Assembly (NCBI GenBank): GCA_028292435.1 | Contig: JAQGMI010000111.1 | Span: forward strand, 5,489 to 69,488 | Length of the DNA: 64,000 nucleotides | Origin: Betaproteobacteria bacterium | GTDB lineage: Bacteria > Pseudomonadota > Gammaproteobacteria > Burkholderiales > SG8-41 | Direction of reading: 5' to 3' | In this document: positions 26,401-36,196 of the stretch, piece by piece | How positions within the stretch are numbered: the stretch's first letter is position 1 | Layout of the letters: each line of letters starts with the position of its first letter | The notes under the pieces: model-generated | Told to the model about the DNA's origin: nothing | Databases searched by the model: none | Seen by the model: the letters and a program-made list of their open reading frames with translations, nothing else | Program-made: the position numbers and the translations under genes

Positions 26401-27417
26401 TCAGCCGCCCGGCGCACCCTGCGTGTTCACGTAAATCGAATACACCGATGTGCTCGCCGCCATGAACAAGCGATTGCGATAGCGGCCGCCAAAACACAGA
26501 TTGGCGCAGCGCTCGGGCAGATCGATGCGCCCGATTAATTTTCCCTGCGGATTAAAAATCGCGACGCCGTCGAGCCCTTCCTTGCCCATGCCCCACCCGC
26601 ACCACAAATTGCCATCGACGTCGCAGCGGAAACCGTCGGGCGTGCCGTCGGCTTCGGCTTTGATCAGCATGCTGCGGTTCGCGAGCCGCGTGCCGTTGTC
26701 GAGCACATCGAACGTGTGAATCTCGCGTGGCGATGCGGCCGCAACAATGACGTACAGCTTGGATTCGTCCGGCGAGAAACACAGGCCGTTCGGCCGCACC
26801 ACGTCACCGGTCGCAACCGTCAGCTTGCCTGACGGATCGACGCGATAAATGTTCGTCGGCAGTTCGGGCTTGGCGACGTGACCTTCGTAGTTGCCGAGAA
26901 TACCGAACGGCGGATCGGTAAACCAGATCGAGCCATCGGATTTGCATACGATGTCGTTCGGCGAGTTGAGCGGCTTGCCGTCGAAACGGTCGGCGATCAC
27001 GGTGACGCTGCCGTCGTACTCGGTGCGCGTGACGCGGCGCGTGTCGTGCTCGCAAGTGAGCAGCCTGCCCTGCCGGTCCCGCGTGTTGCCGTTCGCATTG
27101 TTCGATGGCTTGCGAAACACGCTCACGCGGCCGGTTTCCTCGTCCCACTTCATGATGCGGTTATTCGGGATGTCGCTCCACAACAGGTAGCGGCCGTCGC
27201 CGATCCACACCGGGCCTTCGCACCAGCGCATGCCCGATGCGATACGCTCGACCTTGGTCTGCGCGATGCGGTAGCGGGCAAAGCTTGGGTCGATAACCTT
27301 GACCGAAGGATCGGGATAGCGTTCGCTCGGCTGCCATTGCGCGAATGCACGTGGCGCAGCCGCAATCGCCGCGGCGGCGGTACCTGCGGCGAGAAAGGTA
27401 CGTCTGCTCGATTCCAT
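26401..27417 (-). CDS. Tat-exported SMP-30/gluconolactonase/LRE family protein
   Basis: The start MESSRRTFLAAGTAAAAIAAAPRAFA carries a twin-arginine motif (SRRTFL). The propeller motifs CEGPVW, NSPNDIVC, WFTDP and PNGLCFSPDESKLYV follow. Confidence 0.8.
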   Translation of the reverse strand: MESSRRTFLAAGTAAAAIAAAPRAFAQWQPSERYPDPSVKVIDPSFARYRIAQTKVERIASGMRWCEGPVWIGDGRYLLWSDIPNNRIMKWDEETGRVSVFRKPSNNANGNTRDRQGRLLTCEHDTRRVTRTEYDGSVTVIADRFDGKPLNSPNDIVCKSDGSIWFTDPPFGILGNYEGHVAKPELPTNIYRVDPSGKLTVATGDVVRPNGLCFSPDESKLYVIVAAASPREIHTFDVLDNGTRLANRSMLIKAEADGTPDGFRCDVDGNLWCGWGMGKEGLDGVAIFNPQGKLIGRIDLPERCANLCFGGRYRNRLFMAASTSVYSIYVNTQGAPGG

Positions 27418-27488
27418 GCCTGCCTCCTCTGTGGATGGTGAAAGATTTATATCCTTCATCCATGCCGCAGACGATACGCCGAACCCGG

Positions 27489-29117
27489 CTAACCGTCAGG
27501 CCGGAATTTCGTTTCGGGTTTCAAGCCCTTCTGCTGCTGCTTTTCGCTGATGCGCCCGTTCTCGAGATAGTCGCCCGTCGCCGCGCGCTTGGCCGCGGCG
27601 TCCCATTGCGGCAGCCAGTCGCCGAGCGAATAGCCGTACCACGGTGCCTGCGGGCGCAGCGCGGGCAATTTTAACCGCTCCCAGATTTTTTTCGCGCGCT
27701 CCATGTATTCCTGCGTCGGCAGCGCCAGCGGCGGCATATCGCCTTTCATCGTCGCGTCCATGAGCAGCGTGGAATCTTCTTCGTCGTCGCTTTCGCGCTT
27801 GGGACCATGGCCCTGGCCGCGATGCGGCAAAGTGCGCACATCCTCGACGGGATTCATCCGGTACGCCATCGCCCACAGCAGCGCGTCCGCATTGTCGGGA
27901 TCGATGTCGTCGTTGATCGCGACACAAATCTTGCCGCAATCGCCTTTGAAGAACGCGGCGCCTTCAAGCGCGCGCCAGATCTCCGTGCGCGGCGTGCCTT
28001 TTTCGACGGTAATCAGCGTGACGCGCAACAAACCGGTCAGCGGCTCGTGGAGCGACACGCGCTTGACGCCGCGAATGCCGAGCGTCGAACGCAGATGCGA
28101 CGTAAACAAGGGCTCATAAGCGACGCGCTTGATCACGCTCGATTCGCTCGGCGCCACCTGGCTGATATACGAAGGAATCACCGCATCCTTGCGATGCGTA
28201 ATCGCCGTGATGCGCATCGGCATGTTGTATTCCTCGAGCGCAACGTGACCGTGCGATTCGCCGAACGGCGCTTCCGGCTCGACATATTCGGTGTCGATGA
28301 AACCTTCGATCACGATCTCGGCTTCGGCCGGCACCAGCAGATCGACGGTTTTTGCTTTGACGACATTGATCGGCGCACCGGCAAGCCCGCCGGCAACGTC
28401 GAATTCATCCATGTCGATCGGCAGCTTTTGCGGGCCCATGAAGGCGACGTACGGCGGACAACCTAATACGATCGCGCACGGCATCGTCTTGTCGCCGCGT
28501 TTCTGGTGCTTAAGATAATGCTGATAACCGCCCGCGCCGCCGACGCGCGTTGCCATGCGCACGACAAGACGGTCGGGCGCTTTCAACGCGGCGCGATAAG
28601 TGCCCATATTCTGCACGCCGGTTTCCGGATCGCGCGTGACCACGTTGGTCGCAGTCAGCGTCGGCGCGCTGTCGAAGCCCGGCGTCGAAACCGGAATCGG
28701 CAGCATGTCGAGACCATGACCTTCACCTTTGAGCGCCTCGCCTTCGATCACGACTTCGTGACACGCCGCGTTGGTGACGAGCGTGGGCTTAACCGGATGC
28801 GCGAGCGCGTGGTCCCACTTCGTCTGGATTTTTTCGACCGGCACGCCCATGCCGATGCTGTAAATCGCGCGGTTCGCGGCGATTGCGCCGACGACGACCG
28901 GCATCGCGTACTTGCGGCCGTGCGCATTCACGACGTTGGTGAACAGGAACGCCTTGCGCTGCGCCTCTTCAATGCCGCCGACGAACTGCCAGCGCACGAG
29001 CGCATGCAGCTCGGCATCCTTGTCGATGGGTTCGTCAATCGTGAGCAGCAGGCCCTCGGCTTTCAGCGCTTCGAGATGCGCGTGCAGATCGGGATAGGGG
29101 CGGGATGAGTCGGACAT
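27489..29117 (-). CDS. UbiD family (prFMN-dependent) decarboxylase
   Basis: About 540 aa. The UbiD-type active-site loop reads EAPFGESHGH (compare EGPFGE.TGYY). The N-terminus is DLHAHLEALKAEGLL..IDEPIDKDAELHALVR. The ATG at 29138 is an alternative start. Confidence 0.85.
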   Translation of the reverse strand: MSDSSRPYPDLHAHLEALKAEGLLLTIDEPIDKDAELHALVRWQFVGGIEEAQRKAFLFTNVVNAHGRKYAMPVVVGAIAANRAIYSIGMGVPVEKIQTKWDHALAHPVKPTLVTNAACHEVVIEGEALKGEGHGLDMLPIPVSTPGFDSAPTLTATNVVTRDPETGVQNMGTYRAALKAPDRLVVRMATRVGGAGGYQHYLKHQKRGDKTMPCAIVLGCPPYVAFMGPQKLPIDMDEFDVAGGLAGAPINVVKAKTVDLLVPAEAEIVIEGFIDTEYVEPEAPFGESHGHVALEEYNMPMRITAITHRKDAVIPSYISQVAPSESSVIKRVAYEPLFTSHLRSTLGIRGVKRVSLHEPLTGLLRVTLITVEKGTPRTEIWRALEGAAFFKGDCGKICVAINDDIDPDNADALLWAMAYRMNPVEDVRTLPHRGQGHGPKRESDDEEDSTLLMDATMKGDMPPLALPTQEYMERAKKIWERLKLPALRPQAPWYGYSLGDWLPQWDAAAKRAATGDYLENGRISEKQQQKGLKPETKFRPDG

Positions 29118-29196
29118 GGGCGGTTTCGCTTGTAGCAACGTATGAGATAATTCGAGCGCATTTTACCTAGATTGCCCGCAATCCCGGAGGAAACCG

Positions 29197-30075
29197 TTGA
29201 AAGCCGCCTCATTCGAGTACTCGCGTGCGACCTCGATCACGGAAGCATGCGAAATGCTCCGGCAGGACGGCAGCGACGTCAAACTCATCGCGGGCGGCCA
29301 GAGTCTCGCGCCGATGATGGCAATGCGGCTCACGCGTCCGTCGCACCTCGTCGATATCAACGAAATCGGCGCACTCAAATTTATTTCGCTCGATGAAGAC
29401 GGCGCACGCATCGGCGCGTGCACGCGTCAGTGTGTCGTGGCGAAAGACGATGCGCTTGCAGCGCGCGTGCCGCTGCTGCGCAAGGCGCTCTTCTGGGTCG
29501 GCCACGTGCAGACGCGCAATCGCGGCACCGTCGGCGGCAGTCTCGCGCATGCGGATCCGGCGGCGGAACTGCCGCTCGTGGCTCAAGTGCTGGGCGCGCA
29601 AATAAAGGTTCGGTCTTCAACCGGTATGCGCGTGGTTAACGCCGCGGATTTTTTTGTCGGCCCGCTGACGACCGCGCTTGAAGCGCACGAGTGCGTCGAA
29701 GACATTTATTGGCCGGCATGGGCCGGGCGGGGCACCGGTTCGTCATTCATGGAAGTCAGCCGCCGGCACGGCGACTTCGCAATCATCGAAGCGTGCGCGC
29801 AGGTCGCGCTCGATGCGGATGGCCGCTGCACGCGCGCGAGTTTCGGCTTAGGCGGCGGGGGAACGATACCGCTCGCGTTTCCGAGATTAGCTGAACGGCT
29901 TACCGGCACACGGCTCGAAGACGACGTGATCAATGAAATGACGCAAGCGGCCGCCGCCAAACTCGATCCGGGCGGCGATCTGCACGCCAGCGCCGGATAT
30001 CGCAAGCATCTCGCGGCCGTGCTCGCAACGCGAGCCCTCCGCGCAGCACACGCAGAAGCGCAGGCGAAAACGTGA
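29197..30075 (+). CDS. molybdenum hydroxylase FAD-binding subunit (CoxM/XdhB-like)
   Basis: TTG start. FAD-binding domain motif KLIAGGQSLAPMM, with the C-terminal CO-dehydrogenase-flavoprotein-like domain. Confidence 0.85.
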   Translation: MKAASFEYSRATSITEACEMLRQDGSDVKLIAGGQSLAPMMAMRLTRPSHLVDINEIGALKFISLDEDGARIGACTRQCVVAKDDALAARVPLLRKALFWVGHVQTRNRGTVGGSLAHADPAAELPLVAQVLGAQIKVRSSTGMRVVNAADFFVGPLTTALEAHECVEDIYWPAWAGRGTGSSFMEVSRRHGDFAIIEACAQVALDADGRCTRASFGLGGGGTIPLAFPRLAERLTGTRLEDDVINEMTQAAAAKLDPGGDLHASAGYRKHLAAVLATRALRAAHAEAQAKT

Positions 30076-30560
30076 GCGAAAAACTATATCAGGTCGTGAT
30101 CGAAGTCAATGGCGTGCGCCGGTCGGCGAACGTGCCGGCGCGCCAGTCGCTGGTTGACTGTTTGCGCGAGGAACTGCGGCTGACCGGCACGCACGTCGGC
30201 TGCGAGCACGGCATCTGCGGCGCGTGCTCGGTGTTGCTTGACGGCGAACCGGTTCGCTCATGCCTGATGTTTGCCGTGCAGGCCGACGGCCATCAAGTGA
30301 CCACCGTCGAAGGCCTCGCGAATGCCGATGGTTCGCTCGGCGAGCTGCAAGACAGCTTCTGCGAAACCCATGCGCTCCAATGCGGCTACTGCACACCCGG
30401 CATGCTGATCGCCGCGCACGCACTGCTGAAGTCCGTGCCGCAACCAACTGAAGCACAGATACGCGATGCCATCGGCGGCAATTTGTGCCGCTGCACGGGT
30501 TACCAGCAAATCGTCGACGCAGTTAAACACGCCGCTGCTAAAGTGAATTTAAAACCATGA
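30072..30560 (+). CDS. (2Fe-2S)-binding small subunit of molybdenum hydroxylase (CoxS-like)
   Basis: Two cluster motifs: GCEHGICGACSV..........C and CGYCTPGM....NLCRCTGY. It overlaps the upstream gene by 4 nt. Confidence 0.9.
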   Translation: MSEKLYQVVIEVNGVRRSANVPARQSLVDCLREELRLTGTHVGCEHGICGACSVLLDGEPVRSCLMFAVQADGHQVTTVEGLANADGSLGELQDSFCETHALQCGYCTPGMLIAAHALLKSVPQPTEAQIRDAIGGNLCRCTGYQQIVDAVKHAAAKVNLKP

Positions 30561-30569
30561 GCGCTCAAG

Positions 30570-32972
30570 ATGACTGAGGGCTTCCGCTACATCGGCAAGA
30601 AGCGCCGCACCAAGGAAGATCCGCGCTTCGTGACCGGCCGCGGCCGGTTTGTTGCCGATATTGCGCTCGCCGGCATGAAACATGTCGCGATTGTCGCCTC
30701 GCCGCATCCAAGCGCGCGCATCATTTCTATCGATACCGATGCCGCGCTGGCACTTCCGGGTGTGCACTATGTATTGACCGGCGAAGAGTTCTGCGCCGCG
30801 ACCGATGCGCTTGCAATCGGTGTCGACGCGCCGAAGGTCGCGCGTTACTCGCTCGCCAATGGCGTCGTGCGCTATGCAGGCGAATGGGTCGCGGCGGTGG
30901 TTGCCGACACGCGCGCGCTCGCCGAAGACGCCGCTGAACTGGTCGAAGTCGAATACGAGCCGACGCCGCACGTGATCGATCCGGAAGTCGCTGCCAAAGA
31001 CGGCAGCCCGCTCGTGCATCCGGCGCACGGCTCGAACGTCATTCTAAAAAAGCACTTCACGTGGGGGCCGGTCGACGACGCGTTCAAACGCGCCGCTCAC
31101 CGACTGTCGCTGCGCGCCGTGTGGGGACGGAGCTCGACAGTGCCGATCGAAACCTTCGGCGTTGCGGCGCAATGGGATGCGGGTCTTGAGATTCTCGATA
31201 TCTGGGCATCGATCCAGATGCCGAAGTTTCCGGACCAGGCCGCGCGCGCCCTGCGTCTGCCCGGCAATGCCGTGCGCGTGCATTTTGACGTCGACGTCGG
31301 CGGCAGCTATGGCGTCAAGCGCGGGATCAAGCACACGGTGCTGATCGGTTATCTCGCCAAAAAACTCGGCATGCCCGTACGTCTCATCGAAGACCGGCTC
31401 GAAAACATGCGCGGCGGCGACATGCACGGCCCCGACCGCATCTTCGACATGGAGGTCGCATTCGACAATGACGGGACCCTGCGCGCCTTGAAAATCCGCG
31501 CACTCGACGACGTCGGCGCCTACGCGGGCCGGTCGCCTTTCCAGCTCGGCAAGCCGATCACCGCGATCTGCGGACCGTATCGCGTCGCCGCAATCCAATA
31601 TGAGCCGACCGCAGTGCTCACGAATAAAACGCCGGAAGAAGCCGTGCGCGGGTTCGGCCAGGCACCGACCAACTTCGCGCTCGAGCGCACGCTCGATTGC
31701 GTGGCACGCCATCTCAAGATGGATCCCATTGAAGTGCGGCGCAAAAACCTCATTCGCCACGACGAATTTCCGTATCTGATCCCGAGCGGCTCGACGTACG
31801 ATTCGGGCGACTACCACGCGGTGCTCGATAAAGCGCTCGCCGCAATCGACTACCCTGCGCTCGTCAAAACACGCGACGACGCGCGCCGTGCGGGCAAGCT
31901 CGCCGGCATCGGCATTTCGACCTGCCTCGAGCCCAATGGCGGCAACTCCGGCTTCGAACCGTTGTTGAATCCGAAAAACGACACGACGACGTGGATGGAT
32001 TCATGCGTAGTGCGCGTCGATCTTGCCGGCTCGATCACCGGCGTGATGGGCACTTCGTCGTCGGGACAAGGCCATGAAACACTCGTCTCGACCGTCATCG
32101 GCGAAGTGCTCGAACGCGATCCCGCGGGCATACGCGTCGTGCGCGCCGATTCGCTGCAGGCGCTGCCGTCGAACAGCCCGGTCGGCAGCCGCATGGCGAT
32201 CATGCTCGGCGGGGCCGCGGCCGGCGCCGCGCGCAGAATAAAGGAAACGCTGATCGAGATCGCCGCACACAATCTGAAGTGCACGGTCGAATCGATCGAA
32301 TACAGCGAAGGCAATGCGAGCGTGCGCGGCCATCCAGAACAGCGCATGACATGGGACGACCTGATCGGCATCGCGCATCGAAAAATTCACCAGATGCCGC
32401 AAGGCGTCGAGCCGGGCCTGCAGGCAAAATTCGTGTGGGAAGTGCCGACCGGCGGCAAGTTGCCGGCCGCCGACAATACGATCCAGATTTATCCGTGCTA
32501 TTCGTTCGAAGCGCACGTCGTCTATATGGAGATCGATCGCGACACGGCTGCGCCGATCATCCGCAAATATGTTTGCGGCCACGACTGCGGCGTCATGATT
32601 TCGCCCGACATTGTGCATGGCATGACGTACGGCGGCATCGCGCACGGCATCGGCGCCGCGCTCTATGAGAAGTTCAGCTACAACGCCGACGGGCAGCTCG
32701 AAAGCGGCACTTTCATGGATTACCTGCTCCCGAGCGCGCTCGAGGTTCCGTCGATCGAGATCGTCGACCATTGCACGCCTTCACCGCTGACGACGTTCGG
32801 GCAAAAAGGCTCGGGCGAAGCAGGCTATCTAGGCGCGCCGGCCGCCATCGCGAACGCTATCAACGATGCGCTTGCGCCGATAAATGCGCGCATCGACACG
32901 TTGCCAATGACGCATGATGCGCTGTGGCGCACGATTCAAAACGCCAACTCGAAAGCGGTTGATCGCAGTTGA
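30570..32972 (+). CDS. molybdopterin-binding large subunit of xanthine dehydrogenase/aldehyde oxidase family (CoxL-like)
   Basis: 800 aa with a/b-hammerhead N-terminus GKKRRTKEDPRFVTGRGRFVADI and DVGGSYGVK (compare GGGFGGK). Neither the CODH form I loop VAYRCSFR nor the form II loop AYRGAGR is present. Confidence 0.9.
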   Translation: MTEGFRYIGKKRRTKEDPRFVTGRGRFVADIALAGMKHVAIVASPHPSARIISIDTDAALALPGVHYVLTGEEFCAATDALAIGVDAPKVARYSLANGVVRYAGEWVAAVVADTRALAEDAAELVEVEYEPTPHVIDPEVAAKDGSPLVHPAHGSNVILKKHFTWGPVDDAFKRAAHRLSLRAVWGRSSTVPIETFGVAAQWDAGLEILDIWASIQMPKFPDQAARALRLPGNAVRVHFDVDVGGSYGVKRGIKHTVLIGYLAKKLGMPVRLIEDRLENMRGGDMHGPDRIFDMEVAFDNDGTLRALKIRALDDVGAYAGRSPFQLGKPITAICGPYRVAAIQYEPTAVLTNKTPEEAVRGFGQAPTNFALERTLDCVARHLKMDPIEVRRKNLIRHDEFPYLIPSGSTYDSGDYHAVLDKALAAIDYPALVKTRDDARRAGKLAGIGISTCLEPNGGNSGFEPLLNPKNDTTTWMDSCVVRVDLAGSITGVMGTSSSGQGHETLVSTVIGEVLERDPAGIRVVRADSLQALPSNSPVGSRMAIMLGGAAAGAARRIKETLIEIAAHNLKCTVESIEYSEGNASVRGHPEQRMTWDDLIGIAHRKIHQMPQGVEPGLQAKFVWEVPTGGKLPAADNTIQIYPCYSFEAHVVYMEIDRDTAAPIIRKYVCGHDCGVMISPDIVHGMTYGGIAHGIGAALYEKFSYNADGQLESGTFMDYLLPSALEVPSIEIVDHCTPSPLTTFGQKGSGEAGYLGAPAAIANAINDALAPINARIDTLPMTHDALWRTIQNANSKAVDRS

Positions 32973-33012
32973 AAGCGAATGTTTTTTCGTTAATCAGATA
33001 AAGACGGCAACC

Positions 33013-34026
33013 ATGAAATCAATTGTCATTGACGTGCACGCGCACTTTGCACCCAAGCTCATCGCCGAGCGTTTTGAAGCGAACAAAGACAAATTTCCCG
33101 ACGCGAAGCTTGTGAAAGACGAAAAAAGCGTGACGCTGCAGTTTCCGGGCACGCAGCCGACGCGCCCGATCATGCCGGGGCTGTCCGATCTCGCAGGGCG
33201 CCAGGCGTGGATGGACAAGAGCGGCATCGATCACCAGATCATCGGCGGCTGGCTCGACAGTTTCGGTTACGAGTTGCCCGCGCAACAGGGTCTCGCGTGG
33301 AGCCGCTATCTCAACGACTGCATGTGGGACCAGTTTCGCGATGAGCGGCGCTTCAGCGCGCTTGCGACAGTGCCGCTGCAGGACGGCAAGCTCGCCGCCG
33401 AAGTGCTCGGTGAAGCGATGGAGCGCGGTTTCGCCGGCGTCATGATCGGCACGCTGCCCAAAGGCGAACATGGCGGCAATCTCGACGACCCGTCGCTCGA
33501 TCCGTTCTGGGAAACCGCGGCAAAACTCAAAGCAGCCGTCGTGATGCATCCGATGTTCGTGTGCGGCGAACCGCGGCTTGCCGATTACGATCTCGTCAAC
33601 GCGATCGGCCGGCTTGTGGATTCGACGATTGCCGTTTCGCGCCTGCTGTTTTCAGGGCACCTGCTCAAGCACACCGGCATGCATTTCCTGCTGTGCCACG
33701 GCGGCGCCGCACTGCCGTTCGGGCTCGGCCGTCTCGCGCGCAGCCACACCGCGCAAGCCGGCAAGGTCGCCGACCCGCGCAAAGGATTTGCGACGATGTA
33801 TTTCGATTCCTGTGTGTTCGACACCGATTCGTTAGACTATCTGATCAAAAAAGCCGGCGCCGGGCGTGTAATGCTCGGCTCGGATGCGCCGTTCCCGATC
33901 GGCGATCCTGAACCGCTCAAGGTATTCGAAGGCGCGGACCTCACCGAGGCGGAGAAAAAAATGATCCTGACCGAAACCGCACAAAAGATTTTCCGCCTAC
34001 GCGCCGACGTGTGGACCCGAAGCTGA
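33013..34026 (+). CDS. amidohydrolase-2 family protein (ACMSD-type decarboxylase/hydrolase fold)
   Basis: Internal ATG MKSIVIDVHAHFAPK (metal motif D.H.H), followed by MHFLLCHGGAALPF and VMLGSDAPFPIGD. Confidence 0.8.
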   Translation: MKSIVIDVHAHFAPKLIAERFEANKDKFPDAKLVKDEKSVTLQFPGTQPTRPIMPGLSDLAGRQAWMDKSGIDHQIIGGWLDSFGYELPAQQGLAWSRYLNDCMWDQFRDERRFSALATVPLQDGKLAAEVLGEAMERGFAGVMIGTLPKGEHGGNLDDPSLDPFWETAAKLKAAVVMHPMFVCGEPRLADYDLVNAIGRLVDSTIAVSRLLFSGHLLKHTGMHFLLCHGGAALPFGLGRLARSHTAQAGKVADPRKGFATMYFDSCVFDTDSLDYLIKKAGAGRVMLGSDAPFPIGDPEPLKVFEGADLTEAEKKMILTETAQKIFRLRADVWTRS

Positions 34027-34028
34027 GC

Positions 34029-35012
34029 ATGATTGGCTTCAAGCAGCCTTTGCCTGTGCTGTTTCGGTTTTGCAGTTTCGGCATTGCGATTGCGGCGGCA
34101 ACCGCGTCGGCGCAAAGCTGGCCGACCAAATCACTGCGTGTCGTTGTGCCGTTCACGGCTGCGAGCGCGACCGACACGACGGCGCGCGTCGTTGTCGAAC
34201 GGCTTTCATCGCAGCTCGGACAAACCTTCGTCGTCGAGAACCGGCCGGGCGCGGGCGGCACGATCGGCGTAGGTGTCGTTGCTAAAGCGGAGCCCGACGG
34301 CTACACGCTGCTCGTGCACTCCTCGTCGTTCACCGTCACGCCATCGACTTACCCCGACACGCCGTACGACACGCAGCGCGATTTCGCCGGCGTGATGCCG
34401 CTCGCCAACCTGCCGAACGTGCTCGTAATCGCGCCGTCCCGCGGCCTGCGTTCGGTAAAAGATCTCGTCGCCGCGGCGAAAGCGAAACCCGGCTCGCTCA
34501 CCTATGCGTCGGCCGGCGCCGGCAGCGCCACGCAACTGAACGCCGAGCGTTTCCGGCTTGGCGCGGGCTTCGAAGGCGTGCATGTGCCATTCAAAGGCAC
34601 GCCCGAAGCGCTGACGGAAATTCTGACCGGCCGCGTGGATTATTATTTCTGCCCGGTAATTTCGGTGCTCCAGTTCATCAAGGAAGGCCGCTTGCTCGCG
34701 CTCGCCGCCGGCAGCACGAAACGCTCATCTGCCTTGCCCGATGTCGTGACGACGCTCGAAGCCGGCATCCCGAATTCCGATTACAACTTTTGGGTCGGCA
34801 TGATGGTGCCCGCGAAGACGCCGCGCGAAATCGTCGACAAGCTTTATCAGCAGACGCTCAAAGCGCTGCAGGCGCCGGACCTCAAAGAGCGCATGGCGAA
34901 AATCGGCGCCGAGCCGATGCTGATGTCGCCCAAAGAATTCGACGGTTATATCAGAACCGAAATCGGCACCAACGCCGCGCTCGTGAAGGCGGCTGGAATT
35001 AGAGTCAACTAA
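34029..35012 (+). CDS. Bug family (TctC-like) substrate-binding protein
   Basis: Signal peptide followed by SWPTKSLRVVVPFTAASATD. The ATG at 34029 directly follows the upstream stop. The ORF ATG at 34011 would overlap by 16 nt. Confidence 0.85.
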   Translation: MIGFKQPLPVLFRFCSFGIAIAAATASAQSWPTKSLRVVVPFTAASATDTTARVVVERLSSQLGQTFVVENRPGAGGTIGVGVVAKAEPDGYTLLVHSSSFTVTPSTYPDTPYDTQRDFAGVMPLANLPNVLVIAPSRGLRSVKDLVAAAKAKPGSLTYASAGAGSATQLNAERFRLGAGFEGVHVPFKGTPEALTEILTGRVDYYFCPVISVLQFIKEGRLLALAAGSTKRSSALPDVVTTLEAGIPNSDYNFWVGMMVPAKTPREIVDKLYQQTLKALQAPDLKERMAKIGAEPMLMSPKEFDGYIRTEIGTNAALVKAAGIRVN

Positions 35013-35022
35013 AGCCTGAAAC

Positions 35023-35154
35023 GCAAAGGACGCGAAGGACGCCAAGGAACGTCAAAACAAAATCGAGCCGATCGTGCATCAGCGACCAGTCGTTGAACCG
35101 GACAAACCATTTTTCGTTTTTTATTTTCCTTCGCGTCCTTTGCGTCCTTCGCGG
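35023..35154. repeat. intergenic palindromic element with arms made of tandem 9-mers (AAGGACGC-type), copy A
   Basis: The left arm AAAGGACGC GAAGGACGC CAAGGAACG (35025..35051) faces the right arm TTTTCCTTC GCGTCCTTT GCGTCCTTC (35124..35150). These inverted arrays are about 70 bp apart. Confidence 0.7.
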
Positions 35155-35191
35155 TTAGAGACTTTTTGCTTTTGTTTTTTTGGAGAGAGAA

Positions 35192-36151
35192 ATGCAATTC
35201 ATAAAATACGTCGCCATGGCGATCTCGACCTGCATATGCACGGCGCACGCGCAAACGTATCCCGCGAAGCCGGTACGCCTGCTCGTGCCGTTCGGCCCGG
35301 GCGGCGTCGGCGACATCACTTCGCGCGCGGTGATGCAGAAAATGAGCGAGTCGATGGGCCAGCAGATCATCATCGACAACCGGCCGAGCGCCGGCGGCAT
35401 CGTCGCGACTGAAACGGTCGCCAAGTCGGAGCCCGACGGCTACACGCTCTACCTGATGAATAACACCAACGCGGTCAGCGCCGCCATGTTCAAGAAACTG
35501 CCTTACGACACGATCAGCGATTTTTCGATGATCTCGACGATAGGCGCGTTCAGCATCGTCGTGCTGGTCAGCCCGGATTCGCCCGTTAAATCGGTGAAGG
35601 AATTGATCGCGCAGGCGAAAAGCGCCGGCGGGAAGTTCAACATCGGCTCGATCAATATTGGCACTACCCAGCATCTCGCCAGCGAATTGCTTAAATCGAT
35701 GGGTGGTCTCGACGCCGCGACCGTGCCCTTCAACAACACCGCAGGCGTGCTGACGGCATTGAGAGGGAACAGCGTGCAGGTCGCTATGGAGTTTTTGCCG
35801 CCGGTGCTGGGCCAGATCCGCGCCAACACGCTGCGCGCGGTTGCGGTGACGTCGCTGACGCGATCATCGATGCTGCCGAACGTGCCGACGCTGGCGGAAA
35901 GCGGCCTCGCCGGTTACGAAGTCAATTCGTGGAATGGCATCGCGGTGCCCGCAAAAACACCGAAGGCCATCGTCGACCGCCTCAACAAGGAAATCCATGC
36001 GGCAGTCGGTTCGCCGGTAATCTCGCAGCGTTTCCAGGAACTCGGCGTCAGCCAGAACCTGTCGACGCCGGACGGGATGCGCAAGGTGGTCGTCGACGAC
36101 ATCGCCAAGTGGAACGCGCTCATCGACAAGGCGAACATTCCGCGGCTGTAA
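35192..36151 (+). CDS. Bug family (TctC-like) substrate-binding protein
   Basis: A GGAGAGAGAA sequence precedes the ATG at 35192. Signal peptide followed by TYPAKPVRLLVPFGPGGVGD. C-terminus VVDDIAKWNALIDKANI. Confidence 0.9.
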   Translation: MQFIKYVAMAISTCICTAHAQTYPAKPVRLLVPFGPGGVGDITSRAVMQKMSESMGQQIIIDNRPSAGGIVATETVAKSEPDGYTLYLMNNTNAVSAAMFKKLPYDTISDFSMISTIGAFSIVVLVSPDSPVKSVKELIAQAKSAGGKFNIGSINIGTTQHLASELLKSMGGLDAATVPFNNTAGVLTALRGNSVQVAMEFLPPVLGQIRANTLRAVAVTSLTRSSMLPNVPTLAESGLAGYEVNSWNGIAVPAKTPKAIVDRLNKEIHAAVGSPVISQRFQELGVSQNLSTPDGMRKVVVDDIAKWNALIDKANIPRL

Positions 36152-36196
36152 TCCGCATTCATTTTGGTTGGTCAACATAGTTCGGAGGAGAAGATC

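Noticed and set aside
29197-32972. Calling the CoxM/S/L-like genes aerobic carbon monoxide dehydrogenase
   Set aside because: The large subunit lacks the VAYRCSFR (form I) and AYRGAGR (form II) loops. No coxD/E/F/G genes are present. The context is organic-acid catabolism.
35009-35674. 221-aa minus-strand ORF, and the 110-aa plus-strand ORF at 39154..39486
   Set aside because: Both begin or end inside the palindromic repeat elements (translations such as AKDAKDAKE and LCALCVLGG). They run antisense to Bug genes. I read them as repeat-derived artefacts.
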